Shown: piece by piece, positions 27,386 through 38,249 of the stretch | Numbering within the stretch: position 1 is the stretch's first letter | Layout of the letters: every line of letters starts with the position of its first letter | Source: Candidatus Moraniibacteriota bacterium | Lineage (GTDB): Bacteria > Patescibacteriota > Minisyncoccia > Moranbacterales > DUUL01 | Reading direction: 5' to 3' | NCBI GenBank assembly: GCA_041583775.1 | Contig: JBFHFF010000001.1 | Location: 94,676-158,675, forward strand | Length of the DNA: 64,000 nucleotides | The notes under the pieces: generated by a model | Databases searched by the model: none | The model's input: the letters and a program-made list of their open reading frames with translations, nothing else | What the model was told of the DNA's origin: nothing | Program-made: the position numbers and the translations under genes

Positions 27386-27527
27386 TGGAAACTGCTTTAA
27401 AGGATTTTAATCTTCTCCCCTTTAAATAAAGGAAAAATACAACTTAACTTTAACAAGAAAATCAATTGCTGTCCAGCCTATTTACAAGCAAAGACTCTTA
27501 TCTTAATATTGATATCTACTGAACTGC

Positions 27528-28757
27528 TCAGCTGTGAATAACTATCAACATCCCAACCGTCGCAAAGTCATAAACTGTTTTTGCGGTACCAATCCCCAAT
27601 CTTACGCATCCATGAGAAACAGGAATTCCTAAATGATTTGTACCTTCTTTGTATCCACTTGGCCATTCTGGCAACTCATGAATTCCATGCCCTTGATTTG
27701 TAAATTGAATAAACCAGGGCATATAAAGGCCATATTTTTTCGACCAAGGTCTTTTTGCTTTTGCCATAACTTTAAAAGTTCCTTTTGGCGTATCCATTCC
27801 CCATTTACCAGACGAGACCTTGAAGGCGCCCTCTTCTTTTCCATTATTAAAAATAAACATTGTTTGAGAAGAAAGATCAATGTCAATATATTTTCCTTCT
27901 AATATTTGAGGTTCTACTTCTTCCAATCTTTCTTCTGTCTTTACCGGTTCATTATTTTTCGCATAGTTATAAAAAACAGGCGGTGGAAATTTGGTCGTAA
28001 AACTTCCTTGATATATTTCCCTGGAGAAATCAAGATAATTATGTTTTAACTGCAGGTTTATTGTATATTGAGTTTTTTTATCCATCTTTTCCTCTGGTGT
28101 AATTATCAATTGTGTACCAGAATCATTAAATTTATGATTAAATTTTGTTGTCATTGGAACAATTTTCACCTCCATATTAAAAGGATCTTTGATTGCCCTA
28201 TCAAAATCAATAGTAATGTGATCCGAGACATCAATATCCTCTTGTCCATCAGAAGGATACACTTCTCTTAATTCAGGAATAAAAGTTGATGTTATCTTCT
28301 TCGTAAATTTTTGTTGTGGCACATAGAACTGTGTCTTTGCTCCATCAATGGTCAATTCGTAAGTTGTTTCTGGAAAGGGAGGCTCTAGGAGTGTAATGGA
28401 AAAAATATTTGAATTTTCCCAACTTGTTTTTATTTTCAACGCCGGTTCGATTTTCATCGACTCTTCAACGCTTCGTTCCAACATTTTAGTTGAAAAATTT
28501 AAAATAATTGTATCTCCCAATTTCACATTTCCAGCATTACTAATCAAAACATCAACATCTTTCTCTTGCTTGTATAACTTAAGCCCCATTATTATGCCTG
28601 CAATAATAACTACAATAAGGATATAAAATGCCATGCCTTGAAAAATGACACTAAAATAAGAAAACTTCTCCTGCTTTTTATTTTTTTTACCCACTAAATT
28701 CATTTCTTGTTTTTTATTTTTCTCCCTATCCAAAAAGGAATTTGTTATTATTACCAA
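27528..28757 (-). CDS. L,D-transpeptidase (YkuD domain) with N-terminal TM anchor
   Basis: C-terminal GHGIHE...IPVSHGCVRL catalytic motif (H...SHGC[VI]R). Confidence 0.8.
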   Translation of the reverse strand: MVIITNSFLDREKNKKQEMNLVGKKNKKQEKFSYFSVIFQGMAFYILIVVIIAGIIMGLKLYKQEKDVDVLISNAGNVKLGDTIILNFSTKMLERSVEESMKIEPALKIKTSWENSNIFSITLLEPPFPETTYELTIDGAKTQFYVPQQKFTKKITSTFIPELREVYPSDGQEDIDVSDHITIDFDRAIKDPFNMEVKIVPMTTKFNHKFNDSGTQLIITPEEKMDKKTQYTINLQLKHNYLDFSREIYQGSFTTKFPPPVFYNYAKNNEPVKTEERLEEVEPQILEGKYIDIDLSSQTMFIFNNGKEEGAFKVSSGKWGMDTPKGTFKVMAKAKRPWSKKYGLYMPWFIQFTNQGHGIHELPEWPSGYKEGTNHLGIPVSHGCVRLGIGTAKTVYDFATVGMLIVIHS

Positions 28758-28813
28758 TCATAACATTTTGAGAAATGCTTTTCCAAGTGCAAAAGATATT
28801 CACATTTAAAAAA

Positions 28814-29728
28814 TCAGAGTTGCACAAAAAAATTCTCTAATTGCAATCTCTGATTCACATTGCTATTTGAAATTTCACTTCGCAATTGAATCACTTTTTC
28901 AATTATTTTAGAAATTTTATTTATAACTCTTGTATCCGCATTAATTTCCACTTGTTGCTTCACAAGACTCCTCAGATACCAAGTAATTTCATCTAAAGAT
29001 TCTCTAAGTTTTTCCTTGTCAGTTGATAGCTCCTCTGTCAGTTTCAATCCTTCAATAACACCTTTTTTGAGAGCATCTCTAAAAAGTTCCAGGTTGTTTT
29101 TTACTAATTTAAATTTTTCTGGATTCGCCAACAATTCACGCGCCTTACTAATTTTTCCCTGTGAAAAATCAGCCACTTCCAATAACTCTTCTTTTCCAAA
29201 CTCAATATTTTCATCTTGAAGTTGTGCTATAATATCCTCCTTTTCCGCAAGTCCAAACCTAAGGATTTGACACCTAGAACGAACAGTTGAAAGTAATTGC
29301 CATTCATTGTCACTTATCAAAATAATAATTGTATCAGAAGTCGGTTCTTCAATAATTTTCAATAAACTATTGGCGGCCGAGGTAGTCATTCTATCCGCTT
29401 CCTTAATAATCAAAAATTTATACTTTGCTTTATATGCGTAATAACTAATACTTTTAATGGCATTCTTTATTTGTTCAATTGAAATGTCTTTTTTTCTTTT
29501 TTTCTTTGCTTTTTCCTCAACAATTGGCTCGATAATGATTACATCTGGATTAGCACCACCTTCAACACTATGACAATCCTTCAACTCATTAACATCGCAA
29601 ACAAAATCAAAAACCATATTGCATTTTCCAACATTTGCTGGTCCACAAAAAAGATATGTCCCTACAAGAGAATTATTTTTCTTTGCCTTTTTTAAAAAAT
29701 TCCATTGATTTTTATTGATTTTCTTCAT
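28814..29728 (-). CDS. holB: DNA polymerase III subunit delta'
   Basis: YLFCGPANVGK P-loop-like, DEAD-like LIIKEADRM and sensor SRCQ. 304 aa. Confidence 0.7.
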   Translation of the reverse strand: MKKINKNQWNFLKKAKKNNSLVGTYLFCGPANVGKCNMVFDFVCDVNELKDCHSVEGGANPDVIIIEPIVEEKAKKKRKKDISIEQIKNAIKSISYYAYKAKYKFLIIKEADRMTTSAANSLLKIIEEPTSDTIIILISDNEWQLLSTVRSRCQILRFGLAEKEDIIAQLQDENIEFGKEELLEVADFSQGKISKARELLANPEKFKLVKNNLELFRDALKKGVIEGLKLTEELSTDKEKLRESLDEITWYLRSLVKQQVEINADTRVINKISKIIEKVIQLRSEISNSNVNQRLQLENFFVQL

Positions 29729-29742
29729 TCACTATTTTTAGT

Positions 29743-30843
29743 CTAGGTATTCTGCTTAATAAATTCTACTATTTTTTCTTCAAAAACTTTCTTGGAAAAA
29801 TTTTCAGCATGCTTACGAATTTCAATATGGTTATAATTATTTTCATTTGCAATAAACCTTCTAATTCCGTCTGCTAAAATCTCCAATTGTGGTACATCAA
29901 AAAACTCCCCTGTCTTACCTTCAATTACAGTCTCCATTGTTCCGCCTTCTCTCAAAACAATTGCTGGTTTTCCTGCAGCCATTGCTTCCACTACTGTAAT
30001 ATTAAAGTCATCTTCAGAAGCACAAACAAATGCTCGTGTATTTTCATATAACTTTATTAGTTTTTTGTCATCGACGAATCCTAAAACTTTGATATTTTTA
30101 TTGTCCTTTGCAATTTTTTCAAGAGCTTTTTTTTCCTCACCCTCCCCAACAATAACAAGTGGTAGTTTGAGTTTTACAAACACCTCTGCAATTAATTTTG
30201 TTCTTTTATATGGAGACAACCTTCCTACTGTCAAAAAATAATCATCATGCTCTTTTTGTGGATAAAATTTTTCCACATCAACTGGAGGATAAATTACTTC
30301 GGATTTTTTGCGATAATATTTATCGATTCTTCTCGCTGTGTATTTCGAATTAGCAATAAATTTATCCACTCGCTCAGCACTCGCTCTATCCCACATTCGT
30401 AAATAACTCAAGAAAAATCTAACAAATAATTTTGTTCTCCCTTTAAGCTTTTGTTCTTCAAGATATTCATGGCTCCAGTCCCAAGCATACCTCATTGGCG
30501 TATGCATATAACAAAAATGTTTTGTTTTTGGTTTCACGACAATACCTTTTGCAAAAGCCGATGATGAAGAGATAACGACATCAAAATCTCGCAAATCAAA
30601 AGTCTCAATTGCTGTTGGCATTAAAGGAAATAAGAATTTATGTTTTTTTATGAGAAATTTTGGCATCTTTTGCAAAAAAGAACTCTCCACTTTTTGGCTA
30701 GAAAATATCTCTTTTTTATACTCCTCATCTTGAAGCAAGGTAAAAATAGATGCTTCTGGAAAAATTTCACTCATTACTTTTAGAGTTTTTTCAGCCCCTC
30801 CTTGATATAAAAGAAAATCGTGTACAAATGCAATATTTTTCAT
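29743..30843 (-). CDS. Glycosyltransferase family 4
   Basis: GT4 C-terminal motif ASEDDFNITVVEAMAAGKPAIV (E-x7-E). Confidence 0.8.
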   Translation of the reverse strand: MKNIAFVHDFLLYQGGAEKTLKVMSEIFPEASIFTLLQDEEYKKEIFSSQKVESSFLQKMPKFLIKKHKFLFPLMPTAIETFDLRDFDVVISSSSAFAKGIVVKPKTKHFCYMHTPMRYAWDWSHEYLEEQKLKGRTKLFVRFFLSYLRMWDRASAERVDKFIANSKYTARRIDKYYRKKSEVIYPPVDVEKFYPQKEHDDYFLTVGRLSPYKRTKLIAEVFVKLKLPLVIVGEGEEKKALEKIAKDNKNIKVLGFVDDKKLIKLYENTRAFVCASEDDFNITVVEAMAAGKPAIVLREGGTMETVIEGKTGEFFDVPQLEILADGIRRFIANENNYNHIEIRKHAENFSKKVFEEKIVEFIKQNT

Positions 30844-30895
30844 CTCTAATTTTGAATTTTATTTATAAGTAAACACGGTCAAATCATTTAACTTG

Positions 30896-31981
30896 TTAGG
30901 ATTGCGAAAGTAAAACCTTCGCAATACCTTCCCCGCATTTTTCCCAAGAAAACCTTTTTGTATTCTCAAATCCTTTTCTTACAACATCATCATATTTCTT
31001 TTTGTCTATCAAAATATTTTGAGCGACTCTAGCAATATGCTTTGGGTGCGTAGGAACTGCTAAAATTTCTTCATTCCCAGCGACTTCATCCATTGGCCCA
31101 AAATTTGATGTAATAACAGGAACACCAACGCTTTGCGCTTCTAAAATAGGAATACCAAAACCTTCGCACAATGAAGGAAACATAAAAATCTCTGCCTTAG
31201 CTAATAAATTAGTCTTTTCTTCTTCAGAAATAAATCCCAGCATTTTAATGTCTTCTTTATATTCGCTTCCATTAATTTTTTTTTCAATCTCTTCATACCC
31301 ATAGCCAAATTTTCCAGCTAATAATAACTGTCCTTTATAATTATATTCTCTTTTCAGAATTTCAAAAGCAGCAATTATGTTCTTGATATTTTTTCGTTCT
31401 TCTATCCTACCAATATAAAGGATATACTTATCACTCTCAATTTTTTTTGATAATTTGAGATATTCCTTTTTAATTTCAAAACCATTATAAACAACTATTA
31501 TCTTGCTTTTCTGAATTTTATACATCTTCACAAGATCTTTTTTCGTGTTTTGCGAAACTGAAACAATTTTTTTTGCCCAGCGACAACTTCTGGTGACAAA
31601 AAAGTGATGAAACCATCTTGAATATAAAGAATACCCTTTTGGACAATGTTCGTATTCGAGCCCATGCACTGTTACAATTGTTTTTCTAGGATGCACGAAA
31701 GGAACTGTATGCGCTGGAATAAAAAGAACATCAATTGGTCTTGTTAACATTTCCCAGGAAAGACCAGTTTGTGTCCAAAAATAGTTGAAAGGTACTACTT
31801 TTATTTTCCAATTTTTTGGCAAATCAAAATCAAGATTCTTTTTTCCTTTTTCTTTTACATATAGAAAAACTTCGTGGTCACCTAGGTGCTCCCGAAGATT
31901 TTTAATCGCTTGATATGCATATTCCTCAATTCCAGTTCTTTGCTTTATCAGTGCCCTTGATGCATCAATTCCAATTTTCAT
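30896..31981 (-). CDS. Glycosyltransferase family 4
   Basis: PSLCEGFGIPILEAQSVGVPVITSN (E-x7-E). Confidence 0.8.
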   Translation of the reverse strand: MKIGIDASRALIKQRTGIEEYAYQAIKNLREHLGDHEVFLYVKEKGKKNLDFDLPKNWKIKVVPFNYFWTQTGLSWEMLTRPIDVLFIPAHTVPFVHPRKTIVTVHGLEYEHCPKGYSLYSRWFHHFFVTRSCRWAKKIVSVSQNTKKDLVKMYKIQKSKIIVVYNGFEIKKEYLKLSKKIESDKYILYIGRIEERKNIKNIIAAFEILKREYNYKGQLLLAGKFGYGYEEIEKKINGSEYKEDIKMLGFISEEEKTNLLAKAEIFMFPSLCEGFGIPILEAQSVGVPVITSNFGPMDEVAGNEEILAVPTHPKHIARVAQNILIDKKKYDDVVRKGFENTKRFSWEKCGEGIAKVLLSQS

Positions 31982-32098
31982 TTATTTTTCTTTGTTTATA
32001 GGCTGACCTTATTGTATTAAAACTAGGTCATTTTGGCAAGAAAAAATTAAACTAAAAACAGACTAGCATCTATTTTTAATTTTATTATAAAAAATAAT

Positions 32099-33103
32099 TT
32101 AACGCCTTGAAATTGTTCTTTTATAAATCTCTAGATTATCTAAAGCCACTCCTGTTCCTTTTGCAACACAAAGTAACGGCTCATCCGCAACATAACAAGG
32201 AACACCGGTCACCTTCGTGATAAGCTTATCCAAATTTCTCAACAAAGCACCTCCCCCTGAAAGCACAATTCCTTTATCCATAACATCTGCTGCTAGCTCT
32301 GGTGGTGTCTCTTGCATCACTTTTTTTGCAGCATTAATAATTTCTCGCAATTCTTCTTGGATAGCTTCCGTAATTTCATTAGTAGAAATTCGAATAGTCT
32401 TTGGCAAACCTCCCATGAGATCTCTTCCGCGAACTTCTACATATTCTTCTTTAACTTGTGGCAAAGCGCTTCCAATTTCAATCTTAACCTCTTCAGCAGT
32501 TCGCTCGCCAATTGCAAGACCATGTTTCTTTTTTATATATTGAGCAATTGCTGTATCAATTCTATCACCTCCCACTCTCGCACTATAAGCAGAAACGATC
32601 CCTCCTAAAGAAATGACTGCTACTTCTGAAGTACCACCTCCTATATCAATAATCATATTCCCACTTGCACTGTTTATTGGAATTCCGGCCCCAATTGCTG
32701 CAAGCACTGGCTCTTTCACAATATAAGCATTTTTTGCACCAGCTTTGATTGTCGCTTCTATCACAGCTCTTCTTTCTGTTGAAGTTACACCTGCCGGAAT
32801 TGAAACCATAACATCTGGTTTTGAAAATCTAATCTTGGGACTAACTTTTCCGATAAAATATCTAAGCATAGCCTCCGTCACACGATAATCAGCGATAACA
32901 CCATTTTTCAATGGACGATACGCAGTTATTACATCAGGAGTTCTTCCGATCATTTCTTTCGCTTCATTTCCAACAGCAATAACCCTGTTATCATCCATCG
33001 TAACAGCAACAACTGAGGGCTCATTTACCACTATCCCCTTTTTTGGAACAAACACTAGAGTATTTGCCGTTCCAAGATCGATTCCAATTCTTTTTGAAAA
33101 CAT
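32099..33103 (-). CDS. mreB: Rod shape-determining protein MreB
   Basis: IGIDLGTANTLVF phosphate-1 and DIGGGTSEVAV phosphate-2 motifs. 334 aa. Confidence 0.9.
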   Translation of the reverse strand: MFSKRIGIDLGTANTLVFVPKKGIVVNEPSVVAVTMDDNRVIAVGNEAKEMIGRTPDVITAYRPLKNGVIADYRVTEAMLRYFIGKVSPKIRFSKPDVMVSIPAGVTSTERRAVIEATIKAGAKNAYIVKEPVLAAIGAGIPINSASGNMIIDIGGGTSEVAVISLGGIVSAYSARVGGDRIDTAIAQYIKKKHGLAIGERTAEEVKIEIGSALPQVKEEYVEVRGRDLMGGLPKTIRISTNEITEAIQEELREIINAAKKVMQETPPELAADVMDKGIVLSGGGALLRNLDKLITKVTGVPCYVADEPLLCVAKGTGVALDNLEIYKRTISRR

Positions 33104-33148
33104 ATACTATAAAAATAATCGCGCAAGTTAAAGTTTCTTGAACATTTT

Positions 33149-33622
33149 TTAAGGTTGTATCTTAATATAACCTCCTTTGAGGAAATTTTCAACTGACTCT
33201 TTTGTGGTTTGAACAATTTTTTTAGGCAACTTATCTATATCAAACCATTTCATCTTTTCACATTTATGAGGCTCTAGAATTTTAAGATCACCACTTTTTA
33301 GATTAGCTAAATAATTAATCGCAATCCAGTGCTGATTTTCTTTTTTAATAATATGGTCTGTATGAGGGAGATACCCCCAGATTTCAATTTCCAAATTTGT
33401 CTCTTCTCGCACCTCTCTTTTCATCGCTTCAATTGCAGTCTCTCCAAAATCAATTTTTCCCCCTGGCTTTGACCATTTTCCAGTTTCATTTCTACTATCC
33501 GCCCCTCTTTTTTGAAGTAAAATTTGACCCAGTTTATTAAAAATCAAAACCCCACCACCAATTCCTATATAATCTACTCCTATTTTCTTTTCTTTCATTT
33601 TGATTTTTAAATTAAATACCAC
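33149..33622 (-). CDS. NUDIX hydrolase
   Basis: Nudix box GGKIDFGETAIEAMKREVREETNLE (GX5EX7REUXEEXGU). Confidence 0.8.
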   Translation of the reverse strand: MVFNLKIKMKEKKIGVDYIGIGGGVLIFNKLGQILLQKRGADSRNETGKWSKPGGKIDFGETAIEAMKREVREETNLEIEIWGYLPHTDHIIKKENQHWIAINYLANLKSGDLKILEPHKCEKMKWFDIDKLPKKIVQTTKESVENFLKGGYIKIQP

Positions 33623-33630
33623 ACAAAGAA

Positions 33631-33987
33631 TTATTTAAATTCTGAAACACGAAAATTTTTCTCATCAATTTTCTTAATATCCCTCCTCATAATCTTCTCA
33701 TACTTTTTCCAAAAAGCCTCATCAACTTCTTCTATTGAAATTCCCAGACTTATAAAATTACCAATTAAAAGATTTAGCAAATCAATATTCTCCTCAATAA
33801 TTGCTTGCCTTCCTTTGCCCTTAGTAACTGCCTGAGCAAGTTCCCCCAATTCCTCTGTCATTAAATTTAAACGAAAATTCATATCTTCATTATTAGTTCC
33901 TTTCATTTTAAATTTTTTATGAAATTGAGAAATAGCCTTATAATATTTTTTCATTGCAAGAATCCATTTTTTTAATTTCAGCCCCAA
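33631..33987 (-). CDS. MazG-like nucleotide pyrophosphohydrolase (small all-alpha NTP-PPase)
   Basis: LMTEELGELAQAV matches the MazG EExxE metal-binding helix. 118 aa. The annotated start overlaps the murA 3' end by about 50 nt, so an internal ATG may be the true start. Confidence 0.55.
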   Translation of the reverse strand: MGLKLKKWILAMKKYYKAISQFHKKFKMKGTNNEDMNFRLNLMTEELGELAQAVTKGKGRQAIIEENIDLLNLLIGNFISLGISIEEVDEAFWKKYEKIMRRDIKKIDEKNFRVSEFK

Positions 33988-35281
33988 TATTCTTCAACCT
34001 TCCTTCTAAATCTTCATATCCACGATTTATTGAATATACATCACGCAAAATTGATTTACCTTTAGCAGCAAGCATTGCTACCAAAATAATTGCCGCCGGT
34101 CTTAGCGCTGGCGGAGACATCATTTCAGCGTTTTTTATTATGGTTGGACCTTCTACATAAACTCTGTGTGGATCCAAAAGTGTAATATTTGCACCAAGAC
34201 GATTTAATTCCGTAAAATAGATTGCTCGATTCTCAAAAACCCAATCGTGAATTAATGTTTTTCCTTTTGCCACCATTGCGATTGGCACGAAAAATGGTAG
34301 ATTGTCCATATTGAGCCCTGGGAACGGCAAACCGTGTAGTTTTTCCTCTAAAGCCACCAATTTCGATGGAATAATTTCAATATCAACTAAATCCGTCCTC
34401 CCATTTCTCGCTTTATATTCTTTTTTAATTAAATATCTCTGCCCCATTTTTTCAAGCTTCAAAAGCTCCAACTCCAAAAACTCAATTGGACATCTCATGA
34501 TAAGCAATTTGCTTTTTGTTGTAATTGCCAAGGAAATAAAAAACATTGCTTCGATAGGATCTTCGCTAATTTCGTAGATAATGTCTTTATTAATTTTTTT
34601 TAGCCCTTCAATTTCCAAAGTTGTTCCCCCAATACCTTTTATTTTTACGCCCAACTCTTCCAAGAAAAAACACAAGTCCTGTACCATATAATTAGAAGTT
34701 GCCATTTTAATAACAGTTTTTTCTGAAACTTGTGATGCTGCCATAAGTGCTGCCTCTGTCACAGTATCCCCCGACTCATACAAAACAACTTTATCAGCTT
34801 TCTTGAACTTTCCAGCGTCAACTTCGAAAGAATCTTCTTTTACTTTTATTTTAACTCCAAAATTTTCCAACACAAAAAGATGTGGCTTTACCGTTCGAGA
34901 GCCAAGCTTGCAACCACCAGCTTGTGGGATTGAATATTTTTTAAATTTTCCAGCCAAAGAACTCATCAACATTATTGCGCTTCTGGTTTTTTGAGCAGCT
35001 ATTTTATCAATTTTTTTAATTTCAATATTTTTTGGCGCCTTTAGTATTAGTGTCTTTCCGTTTTTTATAATTTTCATTCCAATACTTTCCAACACCTCAA
35101 TCCAACGATTCACTTCTTCTATCTGTGGAACATTTTTTAAAGTTGTCGTTCCTTCGTTTAAAACCGAAGCAGCTAAAATAGCGACTGCTGCATTCTTTGA
35201 GCCATTTACAGCTATTTTTCCGTGAAGTTTATTACCACCATTTATTTCAAAATTTTGCATTTTTTGTCTTCTGTTTAGCAT
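33938..35281 (-). CDS. murA: UDP-N-acetylglucosamine 1-carboxyvinyltransferase
   Basis: FEINGGNKLHGKIAVNGSKNAAVAILAASVL N-terminus and EPSP-synthase fold motifs. 447 aa. The true start may be the 8th-codon ATG (MQNFEI). Confidence 0.9.
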   Translation of the reverse strand: MLNRRQKMQNFEINGGNKLHGKIAVNGSKNAAVAILAASVLNEGTTTLKNVPQIEEVNRWIEVLESIGMKIIKNGKTLILKAPKNIEIKKIDKIAAQKTRSAIMLMSSLAGKFKKYSIPQAGGCKLGSRTVKPHLFVLENFGVKIKVKEDSFEVDAGKFKKADKVVLYESGDTVTEAALMAASQVSEKTVIKMATSNYMVQDLCFFLEELGVKIKGIGGTTLEIEGLKKINKDIIYEISEDPIEAMFFISLAITTKSKLLIMRCPIEFLELELLKLEKMGQRYLIKKEYKARNGRTDLVDIEIIPSKLVALEEKLHGLPFPGLNMDNLPFFVPIAMVAKGKTLIHDWVFENRAIYFTELNRLGANITLLDPHRVYVEGPTIIKNAEMMSPPALRPAAIILVAMLAAKGKSILRDVYSINRGYEDLEGRLKNIGAEIKKMDSCNEKIL

Positions 35282-35385
35282 TTATAAGACTATTCTTATT
35301 GTATTAGAGGGTGGTTGTTTTTGCAAGAGAAAAAATATTTACACTTCGATGTGGTTTTTTTATAATTAAATCTCTCTTTTAAATT

Positions 35386-35415
35386 AAAAATGACACCAAA
35401 CAGTGTCATTTTTAA
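35386..35415. terminator. Bidirectional intrinsic terminator 3' of dnaJ
   Basis: Stem atgacac/gtgtcat flanked by A and T runs. Confidence 0.5.
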
Positions 35416-35438
35416 TAAATAACCATTTAATCAAATAC

Positions 35439-36542
35439 TTACAGGCCAAATTCTTGTAATTTCTTCACCAGCCTCTTTTGATCACGAGAAAGATTTTCTG
35501 GAGTTTTTATTCTAATTTCCACCAAATGGCTACCTCTTCCAAATCTATCCTCTCTATTAATGCCTTTATTTCTAATCTTAAAAACATCTCCCGATTGAGT
35601 TCCTGGAGTAACTTTCATACTCATCTCACCTTCAATTGTTTCAATATCAATTTTATCACCAAGCACTGCTTGTGAAAATGAAATCTCAGCAACAGAAACG
35701 ATGTCATCATCACTTCTTTTAAATCTCGCATCTGGTTTAATATGGATTGTGATAAATAGACTACCAGGTTTCCCGCCTCCGGTTGGCATTTCTCCGTGAC
35801 CAGTAGCACGAATTGTTTGTCCATTTTCAATTCCTGCCGGAATTTTTATATTAACTTTTTGATAATCTCTAACAACACCATCTCCTCCGCACTTCTCACA
35901 CTTCTCTTTTGGAATTTGACCCTTTCCATTACACCTTTCACAAACTACAACCTGTTGAATATTACCAAACATACTTCTTACCATCTTGTGAACCTTCCCT
36001 GCACCTCCACATACATCGCATGTTTTGGTATCCTTATTTTTTGCTCCTGTACCATCACATCCATCACATAGGACTTTTTTGTATAACTCAATTTCCTTTT
36101 CAGTACCAAGCGCCATCTCTTTAAATGTGATTTCTATATCTACGGCTATATCAGAACCAACCTTCTCCCTTGAACCAGTGGAACCCCCAAACCCTGCTTG
36201 TGAAAATAAATCCGAGAATAAATCTTCAAACCCCCCATTGTTTCCAGAACCCGTTTGTCCAAAATCAAAATTAAAACCGCCGCCACTAAAACCACCAAAA
36301 CCGCCGCCACCATTACCACTTCGCCCGGCATCTTCAAATGTCTGACCAAACTGATCATATTGTTGTCTTTTTTGCTTGTCAGAAAGGGTTTGGTAAGCTC
36401 CATTTATTTCCTTAAATTTCGCCTCATCCCCACCTTTCTTGTCTGGATGATGCTTATGCGCAAGTTTTCTATATGCTTTTTTAATTTCATCATCTGAAGC
36501 GTTTTTATCAACGCCTAAAATAGAATAAAGATCCTTACTCAT
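35439..36542 (-). CDS. dnaJ: Chaperone DnaJ
   Basis: J-domain with HPD (KHHPDKK), G/F-rich region and four CxxCxGxG zinc-finger repeats. Confidence 0.9.
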   Translation of the reverse strand: MSKDLYSILGVDKNASDDEIKKAYRKLAHKHHPDKKGGDEAKFKEINGAYQTLSDKQKRQQYDQFGQTFEDAGRSGNGGGGFGGFSGGGFNFDFGQTGSGNNGGFEDLFSDLFSQAGFGGSTGSREKVGSDIAVDIEITFKEMALGTEKEIELYKKVLCDGCDGTGAKNKDTKTCDVCGGAGKVHKMVRSMFGNIQQVVVCERCNGKGQIPKEKCEKCGGDGVVRDYQKVNIKIPAGIENGQTIRATGHGEMPTGGGKPGSLFITIHIKPDARFKRSDDDIVSVAEISFSQAVLGDKIDIETIEGEMSMKVTPGTQSGDVFKIRNKGINREDRFGRGSHLVEIRIKTPENLSRDQKRLVKKLQEFGL

Positions 36543-36585
36543 TTTATTATAAATCGCTAACTTTTTATTAATTTATCCGGAGAAA

Positions 36586-37638
36586 TTAAATTTCAATGTT
36601 TTCTATTTCTCTCACCTCTTTAACAACTTTAATTTTCCCCAGTTTAACAAGTATAGAAAAAATTCCTGAAATTGTCCAGAAAAGAATTACATTGGAAATC
36701 CAAACAATTGACCTGATTGATACAAATAAAGCTACGGCACTACCTATTGGCAACATTTCTGATACAATTACTTGTCCATTAATCAAATCATTTGCCCTTT
36801 TGTTTATTAAATTATTTAGAACATCATCAATTCTTTCGTTTCCATCAAGTTCTATTTGCAGTTTATCCGCTAGCATCGCCCTATTTTTTTCAACAATCAT
36901 CCTCTCTCTTTCCCACACCTCTCTTTCAATTCCAGCCTCTCTTTGCGCTCTTATTTCGTCATCAACCTCATTCCTAATTTCTTCTAAGACGGTGCCCTCA
37001 AGAGAGATATCTTGGGAGCGTAAAATTTTCCGAAAATACTCATCCACAGTCACCCCCTCCAAAACCCAAGAAATCTCATCGTTGGGCATTACAATATCCA
37101 CAATTTTAAAAGCAATTCTTGTTGTTTCTGTTGATATTTTAATATTGATTCTTGGCACATGCCCAACTTTTTGCAAATTTGCAACTGAAAAATAAAAACC
37201 AGCAGCAACTAAAAGGGTGAATGCAGTTCCAATTACCGGGACACCTCTTTTTAAAATTCGATAAATATCTATATTGATTCGATTATACTGCTCCGTCTTA
37301 ATCCTTTCTATTGCAACTACACAGCTGGCCATAATAACCGCCCAGACCAAAAAAGAAGGCATTAGGTGGTCTTTTCCTAAAAAAACAGCGCCCATCATTC
37401 CAAATGAGCATACTAAATGTAAGATTCTACGATTGTGCTCCAAAACAACTAAAAAGTAAAAAAATCCAAAAGCACACAAATAAAGAAATGCTGCGAAAAA
37501 CAGCCCTTCATAATTATTTACAAAAAAAGCACGATACAACAACAACCATCCCAGTGAAAACAAAATCACGGTTCCTATTGCTAATGTGTACAATAATTTT
37601 TTGTTTTTCATTTTCTTTTTGTTTATTCTTTGAATCAC
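36586..37638 (-). CDS. Membrane protein (N-terminal 4 TM, coiled-coil cytoplasmic segment, C-terminal TM pair), unknown function
   Basis: 350-aa ORF whose start overlaps the stop of the bPH gene by 4 bp, implying translational coupling. Confidence 0.5.
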   Translation of the reverse strand: MIQRINKKKMKNKKLLYTLAIGTVILFSLGWLLLYRAFFVNNYEGLFFAAFLYLCAFGFFYFLVVLEHNRRILHLVCSFGMMGAVFLGKDHLMPSFLVWAVIMASCVVAIERIKTEQYNRINIDIYRILKRGVPVIGTAFTLLVAAGFYFSVANLQKVGHVPRINIKISTETTRIAFKIVDIVMPNDEISWVLEGVTVDEYFRKILRSQDISLEGTVLEEIRNEVDDEIRAQREAGIEREVWERERMIVEKNRAMLADKLQIELDGNERIDDVLNNLINKRANDLINGQVIVSEMLPIGSAVALFVSIRSIVWISNVILFWTISGIFSILVKLGKIKVVKEVREIENIEI

Positions 37639-38249
37639 TCCTTTCCTCGCATTATTACACCTTCCTCTCTTTTTTGCTCTCTAATTGCATTTTTTTGCAA
37701 TGTCATCACAACAGTTCTAATCATTACTGGATCTTTAACTTGCTTGAAAGTAAAACGCGCTTTCTCTCCAGCGGTTTGAATATAAACTTGTCCAAATTTC
37801 AATAAGGTAGGGATAATACCCTGAACTTCAGTAGTAACATCCTGAATTTTTCCGTGCTCCAATTCGCTTATCTCGCGCCTGAATAATCCCAACTGTTCTA
37901 TGCTAATTATTCTTTGATCTGTAACAATCCAAACATCATAATAAAAATCAATCCACATTATAAAAAGTCCTAGCCAAAAAGCCATCAAAGAAAAACTCAT
38001 AACCACATTAAACAAATGATTGTCAACTTCTATTGGAAGGTTATTTACTAAAATTGGAGCTAGAATAAAAATGAAAATAATTACAAATAAAAAAATCGCA
38101 AACGGAATTGTTTTTACTACCAAAATTAACCAATGTCTTCTTAGGATTAAGATAATTTCTTCATCCTCCCTTTTCCCTTTAAACTTATAATCCAAAAATT
38201 GGTGCTGATAATTTTTTTTGTTTTTATTCATAATTGGAAAAATCTTCAA
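37635..38249 (-). CDS. Bacterial PH-domain (bPH_2/DUF304, YdbS-like) membrane protein
   Basis: Two TM helices followed by a PH-like region (YDVWIVTDQRIISIEQLGLFRREISELEHGKIQDV). Confidence 0.55.
   Translation of the reverse strand: MKIFPIMNKNKKNYQHQFLDYKFKGKREDEEIILILRRHWLILVVKTIPFAIFLFVIIFIFILAPILVNNLPIEVDNHLFNVVMSFSLMAFWLGLFIMWIDFYYDVWIVTDQRIISIEQLGLFRREISELEHGKIQDVTTEVQGIIPTLLKFGQVYIQTAGEKARFTFKQVKDPVMIRTVVMTLQKNAIREQKREEGVIMRGKE

Noticed and set aside
36596-37195. Plus-strand ORFs of 60-230 aa embedded antisense in large minus-strand genes (e.g. 36596..37195, 20233..20799, 43843..44409, 54156..54509, 10392..12918 series, 22498..22833)
   Set aside because: They are low-complexity (S/L/F/I-rich), lack RBS context and are fully contained in well-supported genes on the opposite strand. 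They are typical shadow ORFs of AT-rich DNA.
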